From an uncultured Pseudomonadota bacterium (GTDB lineage: Bacteria > Pseudomonadota > Alphaproteobacteria > JACZXZ01), in contig CAVVLJ010000017.1 of assembly GCA_963749075.1 (NCBI GenBank), positions 1,120,001 to 1,184,000 of the forward strand: 64,000 bases of DNA, given 5' to 3'. A program made the position numbers and the translations under genes. Shown here piece after piece: positions 63,747 through 64,000 of this stretch. Each line of letters begins with the position of its first letter. The first letter of the stretch is position 1. Below the pieces are notes generated by a model. It was not told the DNA's origin and searched no databases. It saw only the letters and a list, made by a program, of their open reading frames with translations.

Positions 63747-64000
63747 TTGTCGTCGCTGCAGCCGGTTCGCGGCACCCGCGATCTATTGCCCGATGAGCTC
63801 CGCCGCCATCGCCACGTCGCGGAGACGGCGCGGCACGTAGCCGAGCTATACGGCTACGAGGAGATCGCCACGCCGATCTTCGAGTTCACCGAGGTCTTCA
63901 AGCGCACGCTCGGCGATGCGAGCGACGTCGTGGTCAAGGAGATGTACAGCTTCGCCGACCGCGGCGGCGACGAGCTGACGCTGCGCCCGGAGGCCACGGC
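63747..64000 (+). CDS. hisS: Histidine--tRNA ligase (5' part, runs off the window)
   Basis: [35 protein letters not shown]. Confidence 0.93.
   Translation, partial: MSSLQPVRGTRDLLPDELRRHRHVAETARHVAELYGYEEIATPIFEFTEVFKRTLGDASDVVVKEMYSFADRGGDELTLRPEAT

Overview
High-GC alphaproteobacterial (Rhodospirillales-like) chromosome segment. The backbone is conserved housekeeping synteny: dcd, rpmB, cobST, dnaJ-like/bolA, corC-aroB-aroK, xerD, mcl-accA, secA-ppiC-argJ-mutT, methyltransferase-comF-grxC-nitrilase, a copA-type ATPase, Prx6, ubiG-lysC-ptsP-rodZ-ispG-hisS. Several accessory inserts interrupt it. (1) Between accA and secA, a small GIY-YIG nuclease gene is bracketed by inverted REP-like palindromes. 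One REP was hit by a cargo-carrying IS1595 (8-bp TSD), whose transposase was in turn split by an IS3 (3-bp TSD), and a diverged copy of the secA 3' end follows. (2) Between comF and grxC sits an internally deleted IS1-like cargo element with an NYN nuclease preceded by a structured RNA leader. (3) A 12-kb integrase-less island is bounded by a 190-bp duplication of the copA 3' end. It encodes a giant CheB-CheR-PAS-kinase-REC-REC-LuxR protein and about 8 co-oriented TRAGTAGTTTCCG boxes upstream of its mostly secreted-protein genes, which looks like a self-contained regulon. (4) Two toxin-antitoxin pairs. Several single-base frameshifts (including accA and cobS) look like long-read indel errors. 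All calls come from reading sequence and motifs by eye; no database search was run.
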